DNA of 64,000 nucleotides from a virus (Duplodnaviria; Heunggongvirae; Uroviricota; Caudoviricetes): IMG/VR virus record IMGVR_UViG_3300037067_007156, positions 429,519 to 493,518 of that record; one strand, 5' to 3'. Shown piece by piece: positions 33,551 to 46,803 of this stretch (position 1 is its first letter; each line of letters starts with the position of its first letter). The notes under the pieces were generated by a model. It saw only the letters and a program-made list of their open reading frames with translations, ran no database searches and was not told where the DNA came from. The position numbers and the translations under genes were made by a program.

Positions 33551-33897
33551 ATAATAGAAAATTACTTTTTATTTATATATAAAAAATCTAAAATGAAAGA
33601 TTTAATAATTAGGTGTTCAAGTTGTAATGTAGAAAACGAAAGTTCAGGCACGGTTGAAGTTGAGTTATCGAATATTAAATCTATCGATGGATTAAATCTA
33701 AAAGAATTATTAAAAGATAAGTATATTCTTGAAGATGAAATAATTGAAGAAATAGATAATAAAATATTATTTGAAAAAATAGATATTGATGATTTTATTG
33801 ATTATTTTGGTGTCGATGAAATTTTTAAACAAATTGATGACAATGTAATCGAAAGATATATAAGAAAGAAAAAGATTGATAAATTAGAAATAAAATA

Positions 33898-34635
33898 ATG
33901 ATTATGAATAGGGATGAGTTTCTTAAAAATTTACGTAATATTACGAATATCATAGAAGCAAATGAAATAAATTATGATATACCATTTGATTATAGAAATA
34001 AGACTAAATTCGAAAATATTAAAATATTAGTCAGGGATGATTTAGATTTGAGAGTTTTAGAAACTGAACTTGGTGGTTCTATAATAAAAGAATCTGGTAT
34101 TTTCACTAAAATGTTATATAATAATATACATATTATTTTCATTAAAACACCAGAAATATACTGGGTTAATTATTTTTACTATTATTCTGGTGAAATTATA
34201 TCTGAAGCAGTCAATAAGTTAGCCAGTAAATTTAATTTAACATATACACCGACAGGTTTATATTATCAAATAAAAGATTTAAAAATTTTAGTTACCAATA
34301 AAGTATTCGAGATATTTAGATTTTTTGGAGTTAATACTGAAAAATTATTGGAAGGGTTTAACGACCTTATTGATGTATATGATTTTATAATTAAATCAGA
34401 TTATTTTAATTGTGAAATATTTGAAACAACTGATATCAGTAATGATAATTATTTCAAAGATGAAAAAATCACTATATACGAGGATTTTGTAGATACTTTA
34501 TCATTATTTAAAGGTCGTAAAAATGTCAATTTCGAATTTGAAGAACCAGAGAAATATTTTCAAATAATTATAGATTATTTTCCAGAAGCATTTTTATATG
34601 AAAAGGCAACAGAATATTATAATAAAAATAAATAA
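33898..34635 (+). CDS. hypothetical protein, possibly a degenerate Pol-beta-type nucleotidyltransferase
   Basis: YRNKTKFENIKILV where GDxD would be expected; KFNLTYTPTGL...IFRFFG resembles PolX-like C-terminal region. Confidence 0.35.
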   Translation: MIMNRDEFLKNLRNITNIIEANEINYDIPFDYRNKTKFENIKILVRDDLDLRVLETELGGSIIKESGIFTKMLYNNIHIIFIKTPEIYWVNYFYYYSGEIISEAVNKLASKFNLTYTPTGLYYQIKDLKILVTNKVFEIFRFFGVNTEKLLEGFNDLIDVYDFIIKSDYFNCEIFETTDISNDNYFKDEKITIYEDFVDTLSLFKGRKNVNFEFEEPEKYFQIIIDYFPEAFLYEKATEYYNKNK

Positions 34636-35018
34636 ATTATGAAGTGGAAATACACAGGAAACCCAATTGCATACGAAACTGGTGCATGGGACGGTAGAAG
34701 AAGTGATGAAGTTGTAGCAGTCGATGATATTGGCCGGAAACACATAGCAAGAGTTTACGCAGGTATAATGGATGGTAATGAGTTTATTGATTGGGTTGAT
34801 AGTGACGATTACATTATCAATAGAGAAATTGTTAAATGGTTATCAATTCCAGATTAATTTCATAATGTTGGTTATAAAACCAAATTTGTAAATAAGATTA
34901 TCTTTGATTTTTAATATTATGTTTTTAATGTAATTTTCGAATTAGAATTTGAAATAGGTTTCCCACACAAAAACCTAAAAACCCAATAATAATAAATATT
35001 ATCCACATAATTAAATTA

Positions 35019-36014
35019 TTAAATTAACACTGAATTTTTTATATTTGAAAGAATTTCTGACGGTGCGTAAAAATCATTCAGCACAATCAATTTTAAATTT
35101 CTTTTTATTCTATCATTCATTAAATTTTTAATACTATTAACATTAATAGGTTCAACTTTCTTAAAAGAACAAACGACATCTTTTATTCTTTCAATAATTT
35201 CTGTTGAATTAAAATTTATATCTTCTGGATAAATTTCTTTATATAAAGCATACAATGATTTAGCACCATCAACACCTATACCTCTTGGTTTTCCGGTGGT
35301 AGTCATTGATTCATAAACAGAAGTTATATTATCACCTTTATCACCGGATATTATTTTAACAAAAAGTTCCAATTCTTTATTTTTTTCGACAATTTGACCT
35401 CTATGAGAAATATTTTTCAAAAAATCAATCATTTCTTCATCATCTGACATATTAAATAATGTTGCAGGATTAGAACTGGTTTCAGCAAAATCAAAAAATA
35501 CTTTATAATTTTCTGGTAAGTGAATTCTATCGTCTGACATTTTATGTCCAAACATTATATTAATAAATCCTTTATTTAAATCATAATCTAATAATTGATA
35601 TAAGTCACCATCAACTGATATTATTAAATTACTATAACCTTTTTCATTTGATTTTCGCACTATATAAGCTATAATATCGTCACCTTCAGCATTACCAACT
35701 TGAATTTGTTTGATGCTTTTAAAATTTATAATATTCTTTTTAAAATTTTCATATGTTTCAAAAACAAAAGGCCAGTCTATCTCACTATCTTTTTCCCGTT
35801 TGGCTTTATAATCACCATAAATCTTTTTTCTCCAATTGTATTTATCATCCGAAACAAAATAAATATTATCAAAAGTATATAATTCAGAAAGAGTTTTAAC
35901 TTCTTTGACCATTATTGTTTCCAACTCAGAATAAAGAATTTTATTTTTATGAGCTACAAACGCATTTTTAGTTAATAAAAAATTACCATCTATTATTAGA
36001 TTAATTTTATCCAT
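35019..36014 (-). CDS. RNase H / 5'-3' exonuclease (T4 rnh-like, FEN family)
   Basis: LIIDGN, WRKKIYGDYKAKR, EGDDIIA, SVDGDLYQL, GDKGDNI. Confidence 0.9.
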   Translation of the reverse strand: MDKINLIIDGNFLLTKNAFVAHKNKILYSELETIMVKEVKTLSELYTFDNIYFVSDDKYNWRKKIYGDYKAKREKDSEIDWPFVFETYENFKKNIINFKSIKQIQVGNAEGDDIIAYIVRKSNEKGYSNLIISVDGDLYQLLDYDLNKGFINIMFGHKMSDDRIHLPENYKVFFDFAETSSNPATLFNMSDDEEMIDFLKNISHRGQIVEKNKELELFVKIISGDKGDNITSVYESMTTTGKPRGIGVDGAKSLYALYKEIYPEDINFNSTEIIERIKDVVCSFKKVEPINVNSIKNLMNDRIKRNLKLIVLNDFYAPSEILSNIKNSVLI

Positions 36015-36701
36015 TTTATATTTTTATTTTAAAATTCTTTATTCATGAGTTCATCAATCATTGTAAAGAATTCTGGGTTTTGGATTATTAACAAATCCCA
36101 CACATCTACTTTTTCATTTTCTTTATTAAATATTTCGACTCTACCAATATCTGTTAATTTAAAGAAAATATTTTCAAAATTAGGTCGGGTGTTTAATACG
36201 TTTTCTAATTCCATTGATTCAGTACCATCCAAGAGTTCCACATTAACCAATTGAATATGGTTTTTTGTTAATTTATCATAAACACCATTAGAATTATTAA
36301 TAGGAAAAGCATTAGTTACATCACCATCATCTTTTCTAATAATCAAATAATATTCACGTTCAGACGTTATTACAACTCCTTTATAAATATATTGCATGTT
36401 ATAAAAGTTTATATGTTAATTTATTATACTTTATTCCTTCAGATGTTATAATAGTATAATAAATGTTTATAGTTTCCAATTTGGAAACTCTTTTACTATC
36501 TTTTCCGTCTTCATTTAAAATTATATCATCTTCGTATTTAAATTCCACTGCTGGTCTTTCACCTAATGCTTGTGCCAATTCCAATTCAATTTTTTTATAA
36601 TCGAGTTTATCTGTATGTTTTAAATCAACCAATGACATATAGTCATTTATAACTTTTTCTTTATATAAAGCTGTACCGTCCATATTTATATTTTTTTATT
36701 T

Positions 36702-37115
36702 TTATTTACAAGCAGCATAACCACCAACATGTTTTTCATCAAGAACCATAGGTATTAACCAACGTAAATTAGGTATTACATTTAATGTAAATATTTCATC
36801 AACATTATGAATTTCTATTGTTTCATCAGTTATAGTTTGGACTTTATTATAATCACCGGATACATTCCAATAAAAATGAACAAGAGCTGAATCATTTTCA
36901 ATAGTAAAATAATTTGTCCAATCTTCCAAATAAAGTCCAGTTTCTTCTTCAAACTCTCTTATTATGGAGGCATTGGGCGATTCACTATCTTCAACATGAC
37001 CACCAACACCATTTAATTTTCCTATTTGCCACTGTGGTCTATTTTTTCGTATAAGAACCACTTTTTTATAATCTGGTGAAAATAAAAATCCCACTACATA
37101 ACTTTGTTGCTCCAT
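36702..37115 (-). CDS. Nudix hydrolase (MutT-like)
   Basis: GVGGHVEDSESPNASIIREFEEETGL. Confidence 0.88.
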   Translation of the reverse strand: MEQQSYVVGFLFSPDYKKVVLIRKNRPQWQIGKLNGVGGHVEDSESPNASIIREFEEETGLYLEDWTNYFTIENDSALVHFYWNVSGDYNKVQTITDETIEIHNVDEIFTLNVIPNLRWLIPMVLDEKHVGGYAACK

Positions 37116-37130
37116 TTTATATTTTTATTT

Positions 37131-38081
37131 TTAATTAATATATTTTTTCAAATCCTGTATATAACAAATTAGATGAATTATAGGGTCGATAGTCTGAGAC
37201 AATGTAGCATTATAATTTTTTTGAACTTCGAATATCTGTGTTGCATTTTTAACAGCTATATCAGATTTAAATTCCATGATATAATTAAAAAATGGTCTTC
37301 CTAATAATTCAAAAGCTTTTTCATAACTATCAAGATAATTACTCATAACATATTTATAAATTTCTACTGAATCACTGGTTTTATCAAATAAAAAATTATA
37401 TAAATCGACCTGATGTGAACTGGCTGATGATGTTTCAAGACGATTACCATTTCTTGATATTTGTATTTCCTGAACCATTTGGACAGCCGAACGTAAATCT
37501 GGAAAGAATTTATTAATAATTTTAACAACAGTTTCGCCAGAAATTAATTCTTCTTCTTTAATAGCCTTAACTAAAACAGTTAAATATTTAATATAATTAG
37601 TTTTAAGAAAATCAACTTCTGATTGACAAAGTGGGTCAAAATTCACTTTGTTGTAACGAGAACCCATCTCAGTTATTTTATTGATATGATTAGTTGTAAT
37701 AATAAACCGAGCTTGTTTATGGTAGGTTTCAATAAAACCCTTTAATGCATCTTGAAATAAATAAGATGCTTTATCAAACTCATCTAATATAACTACTTTT
37801 GGTTCTTCTGGTGAATACTGAAAATTCAAGGTTGTTATATGGTCTAATATTTTAGTTCTAACTACTTCAACACCAGTGTCTAATGAAGTATTTATTTCCA
37901 ATGTATGTCGGTCAGCTGCTAAAATTCGAGCAAGGCTGGTTTTACCGGTACCCGCACCACCATAAAAAATTAAATTAGTTTGTATACCTTTATCAACAAA
38001 CTCACGTATACGTGGTAATAATATAATATTATTCAGATTATTTGGACGATATTTTTCCCAAAGTAAATAGTTTTTATTCAT
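37131..38081 (-). CDS. clamp loader AAA+ subunit (gp44/RFC small-like)
   Basis: LWEKYRP, GGAGTGKTS, VILDEFD, RFIITTN, FPDLRS. Confidence 0.92.
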   Translation of the reverse strand: MNKNYLLWEKYRPNNLNNIILLPRIREFVDKGIQTNLIFYGGAGTGKTSLARILAADRHTLEINTSLDTGVEVVRTKILDHITTLNFQYSPEEPKVVILDEFDKASYLFQDALKGFIETYHKQARFIITTNHINKITEMGSRYNKVNFDPLCQSEVDFLKTNYIKYLTVLVKAIKEEELISGETVVKIINKFFPDLRSAVQMVQEIQISRNGNRLETSSASSHQVDLYNFLFDKTSDSVEIYKYVMSNYLDSYEKAFELLGRPFFNYIMEFKSDIAVKNATQIFEVQKNYNATLSQTIDPIIHLICYIQDLKKYIN

Positions 38082-38589
38082 TTCTTTTTGTTTAATTATT
38101 ATTTATAGTTACAATTTTAGAATTAGTTTATTTTTTTTATAATTTAAAATTCATATTTTTGTTTTAAATAATATGTTGAAAATGTTTGATAAAAATAAAC
38201 TGTTAAATGAATTAGAAACATTAAAAAATAATCCGGTTGATTTTAATTTAATGTTGGATGTAATAATACTTATGTATCAAGAAAAATGTATATATGACGG
38301 TAAAATAGAACTATGTAAAGCAATTAAAAATGGCGCAAATACTGGGTTAAGATTCGCCAAATTTTTTATAGATATATTTATTGAAATAGATGTATTTTAT
38401 GCAACTAAACAAATCACACAAACACAAAAAAATTTATGTGATTTGTACCATGTGCGGGAAATAAAAAAAGAATTTTTCAAAATAACAGATTTATATTATA
38501 TACTTAATAATAACCTAACATATTTCACTTATCAAAAATTGCATAGAAAAAATAAATTAAAACAAATATTTGGTGATGAATTTAAATAA

Positions 38590-38616
38590 AAAAGGTGGTA
38601 TTTAAACCACCTTTTA
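38590..38616. terminator. bidirectional terminator between convergent genes
   Basis: AAAAGGTGGT-loop-ACCACCTTTT. Confidence 0.7.
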
Positions 38617-39060
38617 TTTTTTAATGCTTATTTTTTATTTTCATTAACACGTAAATCAGTCACTAAATCTTGAATTTTAAATTCGAGGTCGGATGCTCCT
38701 TCAACTACTGCATTCAAATCTGTTTCTGCTAATTTTATATCACCATCAATCCAATTTAAAGTATGATTTTTAAACGATTTAAGCTTCACATTTTCCAATA
38801 ATTTAACTCTTTCTTTTAATACAGTAACTTTAATAAGTTTGCTAACTAATTTTAGAAAATCTTCTTTACCTGCTATCGATATAACATTTTGATTAAGAGT
38901 TTCAGCTACTTGACCCTCTACTTTTATTGATAAAGTTTCATTATAGAAACCTTCTAACAATTCTGAGAATGTTTTAGGTTCACCATCGTTAATATCGATT
39001 TTATTTAAATTACTAAATTTTTTCATGTTGTATTAATATTTTTATTCTATATATTAAAAT

Positions 39061-39750
39061 TTATCTATGATTTTTATAAATCCAAGAATTTGAAAAATTT
39101 TCATCTTTTATTAATTCGTTCATATAAACTTTAGCTTCATCTAAAGAATAAAATCCACATATATAAACGAAATATAAATTATTATCATAAAACATTCCAG
39201 CATTTTCATTTTCTAAATCTGCTATATAATTAACAGCATTATTTTCTTCTCTAAAAACACCAGTTATTATATAATATGATGTAACATCATCGTTCATAAT
39301 ATTTTGATATTCATATAAACTATCTACAACATTCTTATAATAATTAAATATAGAATCATATTTATAACTAACACCAAGTTTTTTACACATGTTTCTTGTA
39401 TAGTTATTGAAATCAGTAAGAGTAGCCAAATATATATTATAAGAATTTTCATTTAAAGAAATACCAACTGATAATATACTATCGACAGTCATATAATAAT
39501 CCTTTACAAATAAATCAATTGTATTCAAAACAATAGTCGAGTCATCACCAATTAGTTTAACCTCTGGTATTATATCTTCATCTGAATAAGGAATTTCTTC
39601 TATTTTATTTTCAACTTGTTCTTGTTTACAAGCTTCTTTAAATTTAGAAAAATTAAACCCGAATTGATTAACAATCAACGGTTTGTATAATAACACTATT
39701 AAAAGTGATATAATAGTAAAACCTAAAATCAGCTTTGACCAGAAGTTCAT
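39061..39750 (-). CDS. membrane-anchored SPOR-domain protein
   Basis: N-terminal TM helix; C-terminal YYIITGVFREENNA...YFVYICGF.SLDEA...SWI. Confidence 0.7.
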   Translation of the reverse strand: MNFWSKLILGFTIISLLIVLLYKPLIVNQFGFNFSKFKEACKQEQVENKIEEIPYSDEDIIPEVKLIGDDSTIVLNTIDLFVKDYYMTVDSILSVGISLNENSYNIYLATLTDFNNYTRNMCKKLGVSYKYDSIFNYYKNVVDSLYEYQNIMNDDVTSYYIITGVFREENNAVNYIADLENENAGMFYDNNLYFVYICGFYSLDEAKVYMNELIKDENFSNSWIYKNHR

Positions 39751-40148
39751 TTAATTAATTTTATTTTAAATCTGCAATAAATGGAATAATTTGTTGTTTT
39801 ATTTCATCAACTGTTATTGTAGGATATTTTTCAATTATCAATTTTTTCAATTTTAACGAATCCTCGTTTAATTTCTTAATTTTTATATAAAAAGGTTGAA
39901 TTTGATTTTCAATTTTATCCACATTTTTAATTAATTCTTCCATTTTCTCTATATATAAATTTTCTTTAATAGAGTTTTTTTCATCGCTTTTATACAAGTT
40001 ATCTATCTCATCTCTATATCGTTCAATTTCTTTACGATATTTATTTATACTTGGTTGTTTCTTTTTTATATGAGAAAGAGACAATAAATATTCTTCTCGA
40101 ATTCTTCGAGCTTCGTTTAAATATAATGAATCCAATTTAACTATCATA

Positions 40149-41090
40149 TTATTCCATAACAGGTTTTAATTTTTTCTTTTCAGCAGACTTAGGTAGTAAT
40201 TCTACTTCTTTTCCAGATTCATCATAATAAAAATATTTTTGTTGACCACTTTTTGTTATTGAACCAATTTTAGGTGTTACTTTCTCAGTTTCTTCAAATT
40301 TAGTTTCGGTTTTCTTAAATTTAAATTTATTGGCTTCATCTTCACCATAAATTTCTTTAATAATTTGATATTCAACCTCATTTTCAACTTCTGAAACCTT
40401 GTTCATGATGTTATCCATAATGAGATTTTTATAATATCCAATAATATCACCTTCGATATTTTCTAACATCATTTTAACAAATTCTGGACTACCTATTTTA
40501 TCTTTAAATTCAATATTTATAGTTATATCATGATTTCTTTTGAATGATTTAAAAATCATTTCACTTGGATTAACAGGTTGTTGATAATTTAATGATTGGG
40601 TTTGTGAGTTATTTACAGTATTGGTTTGTGATTGTGATTGAGGTTGTTTTTTCATTCTAATTTTTCTTCTATTATTAGCTTCATTTAAACCATACATTGA
40701 TATTTCATCTTGATATAATTCTTCTTCAGCATTAACAATATTTTTTGTATTATCTATTTTAGTAATTACTGGTTCTTGAACCACACCAATATTAATTTGA
40801 GAACCAGTAGTTTTATCAATTACTGAAATACTTGGTTGGTCTGTAATTTTACTTGTGTCAACTTTTTGAAGGTTTTGTTCTAACTCTCCGGCTAATTTAC
40901 CATAATTCCCACTTTTTAAAAAAGATTTTGGGTCAACAATATCTGATATTACTTCTTCATAAAGTAATTGAAATCTTTCAGTTAAAACATTATCACCATT
41001 CGATAATGAAACAAAATTTTCATTTTCATTTAATATAATGACTGGTTGAGAATTTGGACTATCTTTTTTACGAAATTGTTTCTTTTCCAT
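40149..41090 (-). CDS. hypothetical protein
   Basis: 313-aa ORF with Q/N/S-rich linker. Confidence 0.65.
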   Translation of the reverse strand: MEKKQFRKKDSPNSQPVIILNENENFVSLSNGDNVLTERFQLLYEEVISDIVDPKSFLKSGNYGKLAGELEQNLQKVDTSKITDQPSISVIDKTTGSQINIGVVQEPVITKIDNTKNIVNAEEELYQDEISMYGLNEANNRRKIRMKKQPQSQSQTNTVNNSQTQSLNYQQPVNPSEMIFKSFKRNHDITINIEFKDKIGSPEFVKMMLENIEGDIIGYYKNLIMDNIMNKVSEVENEVEYQIIKEIYGEDEANKFKFKKTETKFEETEKVTPKIGSITKSGQQKYFYYDESGKEVELLPKSAEKKKLKPVME

Positions 41091-41587
41091 TGCAATGATT
41101 TTATTTTTTATAGTTAAAAAATATTTATTTGTTTATTTTTATTTTTAATAAACTAAATTTTAAATGTATATAGTAAAAAAATTTGGGTTCATTCGTTAAA
41201 AAATATAAACAAAAAGATTTTTTAATTTTAATATATAATATAAAATTAATCATAAATGATGATGAAACTGAATTCATGTCGTTTGATGAAATAAAAAATT
41301 ATATTTAAAAAACAATTTAACAAAAGATGAAAACTAAATTTGATGATTTTCTAAATGAGTACAAAGAAGCTTTTAATGTAGAAAAAGCACTCAAAGAGGT
41401 TATTGGAAAAGCCTTTGGGGAAGAAAAATGTGATTGTAAAACAATCATAAATAAAATTTACAAAGAAAGTGAAAATGGAACATTACCGACTGCCATTAAG
41501 AAAGTCGTAAAAGAATACCCAGAACTGAAAGATTTTGAGAAAGAAATTATAGCAGTAATGGAAGAACAAATCGATTAAATATCAAAA

Positions 41588-41619
41588 AATGGAATCGATG
41601 TTTATTCGTCGATTCCATT
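41588..41619. terminator. stem-loop after 41327-41578
   Basis: AATGGAATCGA-loop-TCGATTCCATT. Confidence 0.55.
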
Positions 41620-41646
41620 AAAAATTTTACAATAATCAACAACAAC

Positions 41647-42063
41647 ATGCGTTATAAAGAATTAAAATATCAGGGAAAACCCTACACTGAAACATACCAG
41701 ATAGATGAAATATTAGCTGAAAATAAATTCTTTTGGTTTTTAGAAGCTGAATTGGCTAATATGAGAATTGAAATATTAAAAAATACAATAGTTATAAATT
41801 CAGGAATATGGTATAATGGCACGTTTAAATATGGTGTAGTCCGTAATATAGAATGGAGATATGGTTCATGGGAAAACGGTGTTTGGTATAATGGTATATG
41901 GTGGGATGGAATATTTAAATCTGGTCTTATTTATAATGGTACTTTTTATAAAGGTCAATTTTTAAATGGTATAACAAAAAATATGATGCCTAATTCTGAT
42001 ATAAAAACTCGACACGATTTTATAAATTGTGACATATCACCAAATTTTAAAATTGAAGAATAA
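41647..42063 (+). CDS. Gx(W/F)xx pentapeptide-repeat protein
   Basis: GIWYN GTFKY ... GSWEN GVWYN GIWWD GIFKS GLIYN GTFYK GQFLN. Confidence 0.7.
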   Translation: MRYKELKYQGKPYTETYQIDEILAENKFFWFLEAELANMRIEILKNTIVINSGIWYNGTFKYGVVRNIEWRYGSWENGVWYNGIWWDGIFKSGLIYNGTFYKGQFLNGITKNMMPNSDIKTRHDFINCDISPNFKIEE

Positions 42064-42066
42064 TAC

Positions 42067-43677
42067 ATGGAAACGATATATTTCTTAAAACAACTTGATA
42101 ATATTATTGACCAATATAACAAAAACTCTTTAAATGAGGCTTCTTTTTTTGATAATATTAAAAATACCATAAAAAACTTTTTATCTAAAAATAAAGATAA
42201 GATTGAATCCATATTACCAAAGATTTTAGATTATGTTAATAAAAAACCTATGAATGCCTTTTATAAAAAATCTATTCTAACATTCATCTTAATAACTATT
42301 CTTGGTTTTGGTTTTAATATATCTAAAGCTACTGAAATTTATCAAGAAAAAGGTGTCTATGATAAGGTTGAGTGGTCTGATATTAAAACAGAAAAAAAAT
42401 TAGATGTAAACGGACTTGACACACATTTCAAATTAGGCGACTATGATATGAAATATATGCAAGTCCAAGAATGGTATGATTCTATAACCGGTCAGTTACC
42501 ATCTTATCCCGTGTCGCTAAGAGCAACATTCATTGTCACTATTAGTAAAGACCCATCAAACCCTGCTAATAAAAATTTTGCGAAAGATGATACACCTGAA
42601 GAAAAAGCTGCTGGTGGTAGATTATTAGAAAAAAGAAAAAAAGCAGCAGTAAAAATTTTAACGATATTAAAAAATAAATTGAAGGATGAAAATATATCTT
42701 TTGAATTTGATGTTTTAACTAAAATTGAAAATGATAAAAAGGGTTATTTTTCAAAAATAGAATATGAAATTATACCTGTTGTAACAAGTAGTGTCAATTT
42801 AAACGATGATGAATATTATTCCCAAGGGGAAAATCAATATGACAATAATGATAATTTGATTAAACCAAATTTAACAGGTGGGGGTTTGGATATATCATCT
42901 TTAAGTAGAAATTATCAATTCGTAGAGCTTTTAAAACTTGGTAATATTATTTCTAAGCGTTTTAATGGTGATAAAATTGATAGTGGTGATGAGTATTCAA
43001 AATGGATAGTAAATACCAGAAAACATATTAAAGAGTTTTTAACAAGACTTCAGATAGAATATCCAGAAAAAGGTATTCAATTTGATAAAATTTCTAAATC
43101 TATAAATCCTATTTCAGGTTCAATAACCGGTGTATCAAATGTTGGTAAACAATATCAATATGTTAAAGAAAGATATATTAAATGTTTTGAAAATTTCGAA
43201 AAAGAACTTAATCCGGTTTATAATAAATGGAATAGAATATTGGGTCAGTTCTTTCCTAAACTTACTGTTGCACAAGCCGAAAAATTAGATAAAAATATAG
43301 ATAAAATCCTTAATTATCTGCAACAAATGTATGGTAACTCAATTTTAAATTTCACTTATGTTAAATATATTGATATAAAAGAAAATTCTAAATATAACAT
43401 TGTAGATGATATTTTAAAACAAATAGGTCATAAAACATTACATATGTTGGGCGCACATCAGTTCATGGAACTGGATGAAAATATTGTATCATTTAAAATA
43501 AGAGGAAGTAAAAAATACAATATCATAAAAATAAAATTGAATGGTAATGATACATATGATATAACATTTATAAGATTAACATTCAAAAAACGAACTGATA
43601 AAAAAGTTGAAGATGTATATAATGATAAATTAAGAGAAGTTTTAGCTAAAGAAACTGGTTTAACTTTATCTTTATAA
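42067..43677 (+). CDS. multi-domain hypothetical protein with one hydrophobic helix
   Basis: 536-aa ORF; internal RYIKCFENF motif. Confidence 0.65.
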   Translation: METIYFLKQLDNIIDQYNKNSLNEASFFDNIKNTIKNFLSKNKDKIESILPKILDYVNKKPMNAFYKKSILTFILITILGFGFNISKATEIYQEKGVYDKVEWSDIKTEKKLDVNGLDTHFKLGDYDMKYMQVQEWYDSITGQLPSYPVSLRATFIVTISKDPSNPANKNFAKDDTPEEKAAGGRLLEKRKKAAVKILTILKNKLKDENISFEFDVLTKIENDKKGYFSKIEYEIIPVVTSSVNLNDDEYYSQGENQYDNNDNLIKPNLTGGGLDISSLSRNYQFVELLKLGNIISKRFNGDKIDSGDEYSKWIVNTRKHIKEFLTRLQIEYPEKGIQFDKISKSINPISGSITGVSNVGKQYQYVKERYIKCFENFEKELNPVYNKWNRILGQFFPKLTVAQAEKLDKNIDKILNYLQQMYGNSILNFTYVKYIDIKENSKYNIVDDILKQIGHKTLHMLGAHQFMELDENIVSFKIRGSKKYNIIKIKLNGNDTYDITFIRLTFKKRTDKKVEDVYNDKLREVLAKETGLTLSL

Positions 43678-43680
43678 TTA

Positions 43681-44082
43681 TTAATTGTTTTCAGATTTAG
43701 TAATAAGTCTGTTAACTAAAAGATTTAAATTTTTATCATTTAATATTTCAACCATTATATCTTGATTAATTTTACTTATAGTTTCTGTTTTTCCTTTAAA
43801 TTTTTTATATGCATCAGAATTATAATAAATTATCATATCGGCTATTTCACTTTCAGTAAAATCATTATAAAAATTAAAATATTTTTTTCTTTTTTTATTA
43901 ACAGCTTTTCCAAAATTTTCTTTACAATATATTTTAACAATATCTATCATCTTTGGTTTTAGAACACTTTCTAATTGTATATCTAATATATGATTAACAT
44001 TTTTGTAAAATTCCTCATCAATATTCATAGTATCAAGTAAATTATTAATCAATTGTTCTTTATCATCATTTTTATCTTCCAT
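43681..44082 (-). CDS. DUF2059-like protein
   Basis: YNDFTESEIADMIIYYNSDAYKKF. Confidence 0.5.
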   Translation of the reverse strand: MEDKNDDKEQLINNLLDTMNIDEEFYKNVNHILDIQLESVLKPKMIDIVKIYCKENFGKAVNKKRKKYFNFYNDFTESEIADMIIYYNSDAYKKFKGKTETISKINQDIMVEILNDKNLNLLVNRLITKSENN

Positions 44083-45963
44083 ATATAGATATTGTTTTAA
44101 ATTATATATTAAAGAATATGAAGTCCAATCTTTAAATTTATTTTAATTTTTAATATATAAAATAAAATAAAAAACATATATGAAATTTTTAAAGAAATTT
44201 GAAGGATACAATAAACCAATGAAAAACATTGAGACCAGAGATGAAGAAACTATAAACTTAACCGATACTAATGAATCCGCAAAAATAAATGATAACACTG
44301 TAAATGAACTTTTATCCGCAATAGATAAAATTGAAAAAATATTCGATGATGAATATATTCCAAAATTGTATAGATTGGTTAAAAATGATGAAATCGATGA
44401 AAGATTGATTGACCATGCTGATACAGTTTCTAATGACTTCGCTGCACTAAGAAACTGGGCTAAAGAAAACTATTTTAAACGGACAAAATAGATAATAATT
44501 TTATCTGGCTCGTACATGGCGTTTTGTTGATGCTATTAAATCTCCCTTGTAATATAATTTTCTATCATCAGGTGTGGTGATTAATATCAAACCATCAAAA
44601 TTATATGTGTAACCATTATTAATTTTACAATCAAAATTAATTATATCACAACCTTTATCAATCGGTGGACATGCTATGAAAGTTACAACTTTATCATCTT
44701 TTTTGACGATAATCATATTCGAGTTGTTAATATCAAAAGATATATCGTAGTTCATATTTTTTAATTTAAAATTTATCAGTCCTTATTCGATATAATATTT
44801 CAACTTCAATAGCACGAGATATATTACTATATTTATCACGCCATGTATAATAGTAGTGATTCTCGGCATCAAAAAGAGTTTTCATCAACTTTGATACCTT
44901 AAAATGAGCAGGTGTATCTTCATTTGACATAAGATGGTGTTCTTTTAAAAGTCCTTTAAGTTCATCATTGCTCAATGTTTTTGTTATATCAAAACAACTG
45001 GGAGTTTTAATGTCTTGCATACTCTTTATTATTTAGTTGTAATACGAATTATACACTCATCCATTATCAAATCAGAAATGGCATCTAAATTTGCAAAAAG
45101 ACCAGATTCAGTTTCAACTACTGCACCAAATTCTTTAAAAACTGAATTACTTGATGGGGGTAAATTGAAATTGGTATATAATCCACGAAATTCTAAAATA
45201 AGAACTTTGAATTTCTCATCAGACATCTGATGTAAAAAATCGCTGGAATTGGTTAATTTGGTTCTAAGTAACATATCTGTATATTTTTAGTTTATTAGAC
45301 AAAAATATACAGAAAAATATTATAAAAAAAATCCTAAGAGAAATTTACACACTTTTAAACTCTAAATGGTTGGTGAAAACATTACCAGTTAAAGAACCAC
45401 CATATAAACCAACTAACGCTGAAAAGGTTTCACTTAATATGTTTGGTTTTTCTTCCTCAGTTATATCATCCATCACATTAATTTCAAACTCAATTTCATA
45501 ATCATTTAAACCAGTTTCATTATCATCTTCACTTACCTCAACATCCTCTACTACCATCTCTTCTTCTATTTTACTAAAATATTTTTTAATAAAATTATCA
45601 TCAATAGTAAGATTTATTAATTTAGCTGATATATTAAAAACTAAACCATCTTTAATATCAACCATAATATTACCACCAAAATATTCTTCTATAAAATTAA
45701 TTATTATTTTTTGAGAAAGACATGAAACCTTTTTTTCTGAACCACATGTAACACCAGTTCGGTTTTTTCTTAAATATTCTGAGGTTATTTCTATCATAAA
45801 ATTAAATTATTTTTCAAATGTAACTAAATATTTATATATAATCTAAAGATTGAAATTTTTTATAAAATAGATTTATGCATTGTGGAATCGATAAAGGTAT
45901 TTTATGCATTATAGTATCTATAAACAATAAGGGAAAATAATAAGAGGTTTAAAACCTCTTTTA

Positions 45964-46536
<573 letters not shown>

Positions 46537-46803
46537 TTAATGTTATATATTAAAAACACCTACAACAAATATATTCACAAAAAAGTAAAAAGTTTAAATT
46601 ATTTTTAATAGGAATATCTATAACACGTAACTATCCCTGTGTATAGGACGTATAATACCATATTACCTATAAAAAATAATGATTATGAAAAATGCTAACA
46701 ATAATAATTTGCTATTTAATATTCAAGTTTTTTAATCAAACCAATATACCAAAGAATGAAGAATTAAAATTAGAAGAAAAAACTATAAATAATTAATCAT
46801 GAA

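Noticed and set aside
34636-34867. Possible decayed cassette ends ATTATGAA / TTCATAAT around ORF 34639-34857
   Set aside because: Only 8 bp, lacks GTTA/TAAC and a following hairpin; insufficient in AT-rich DNA.
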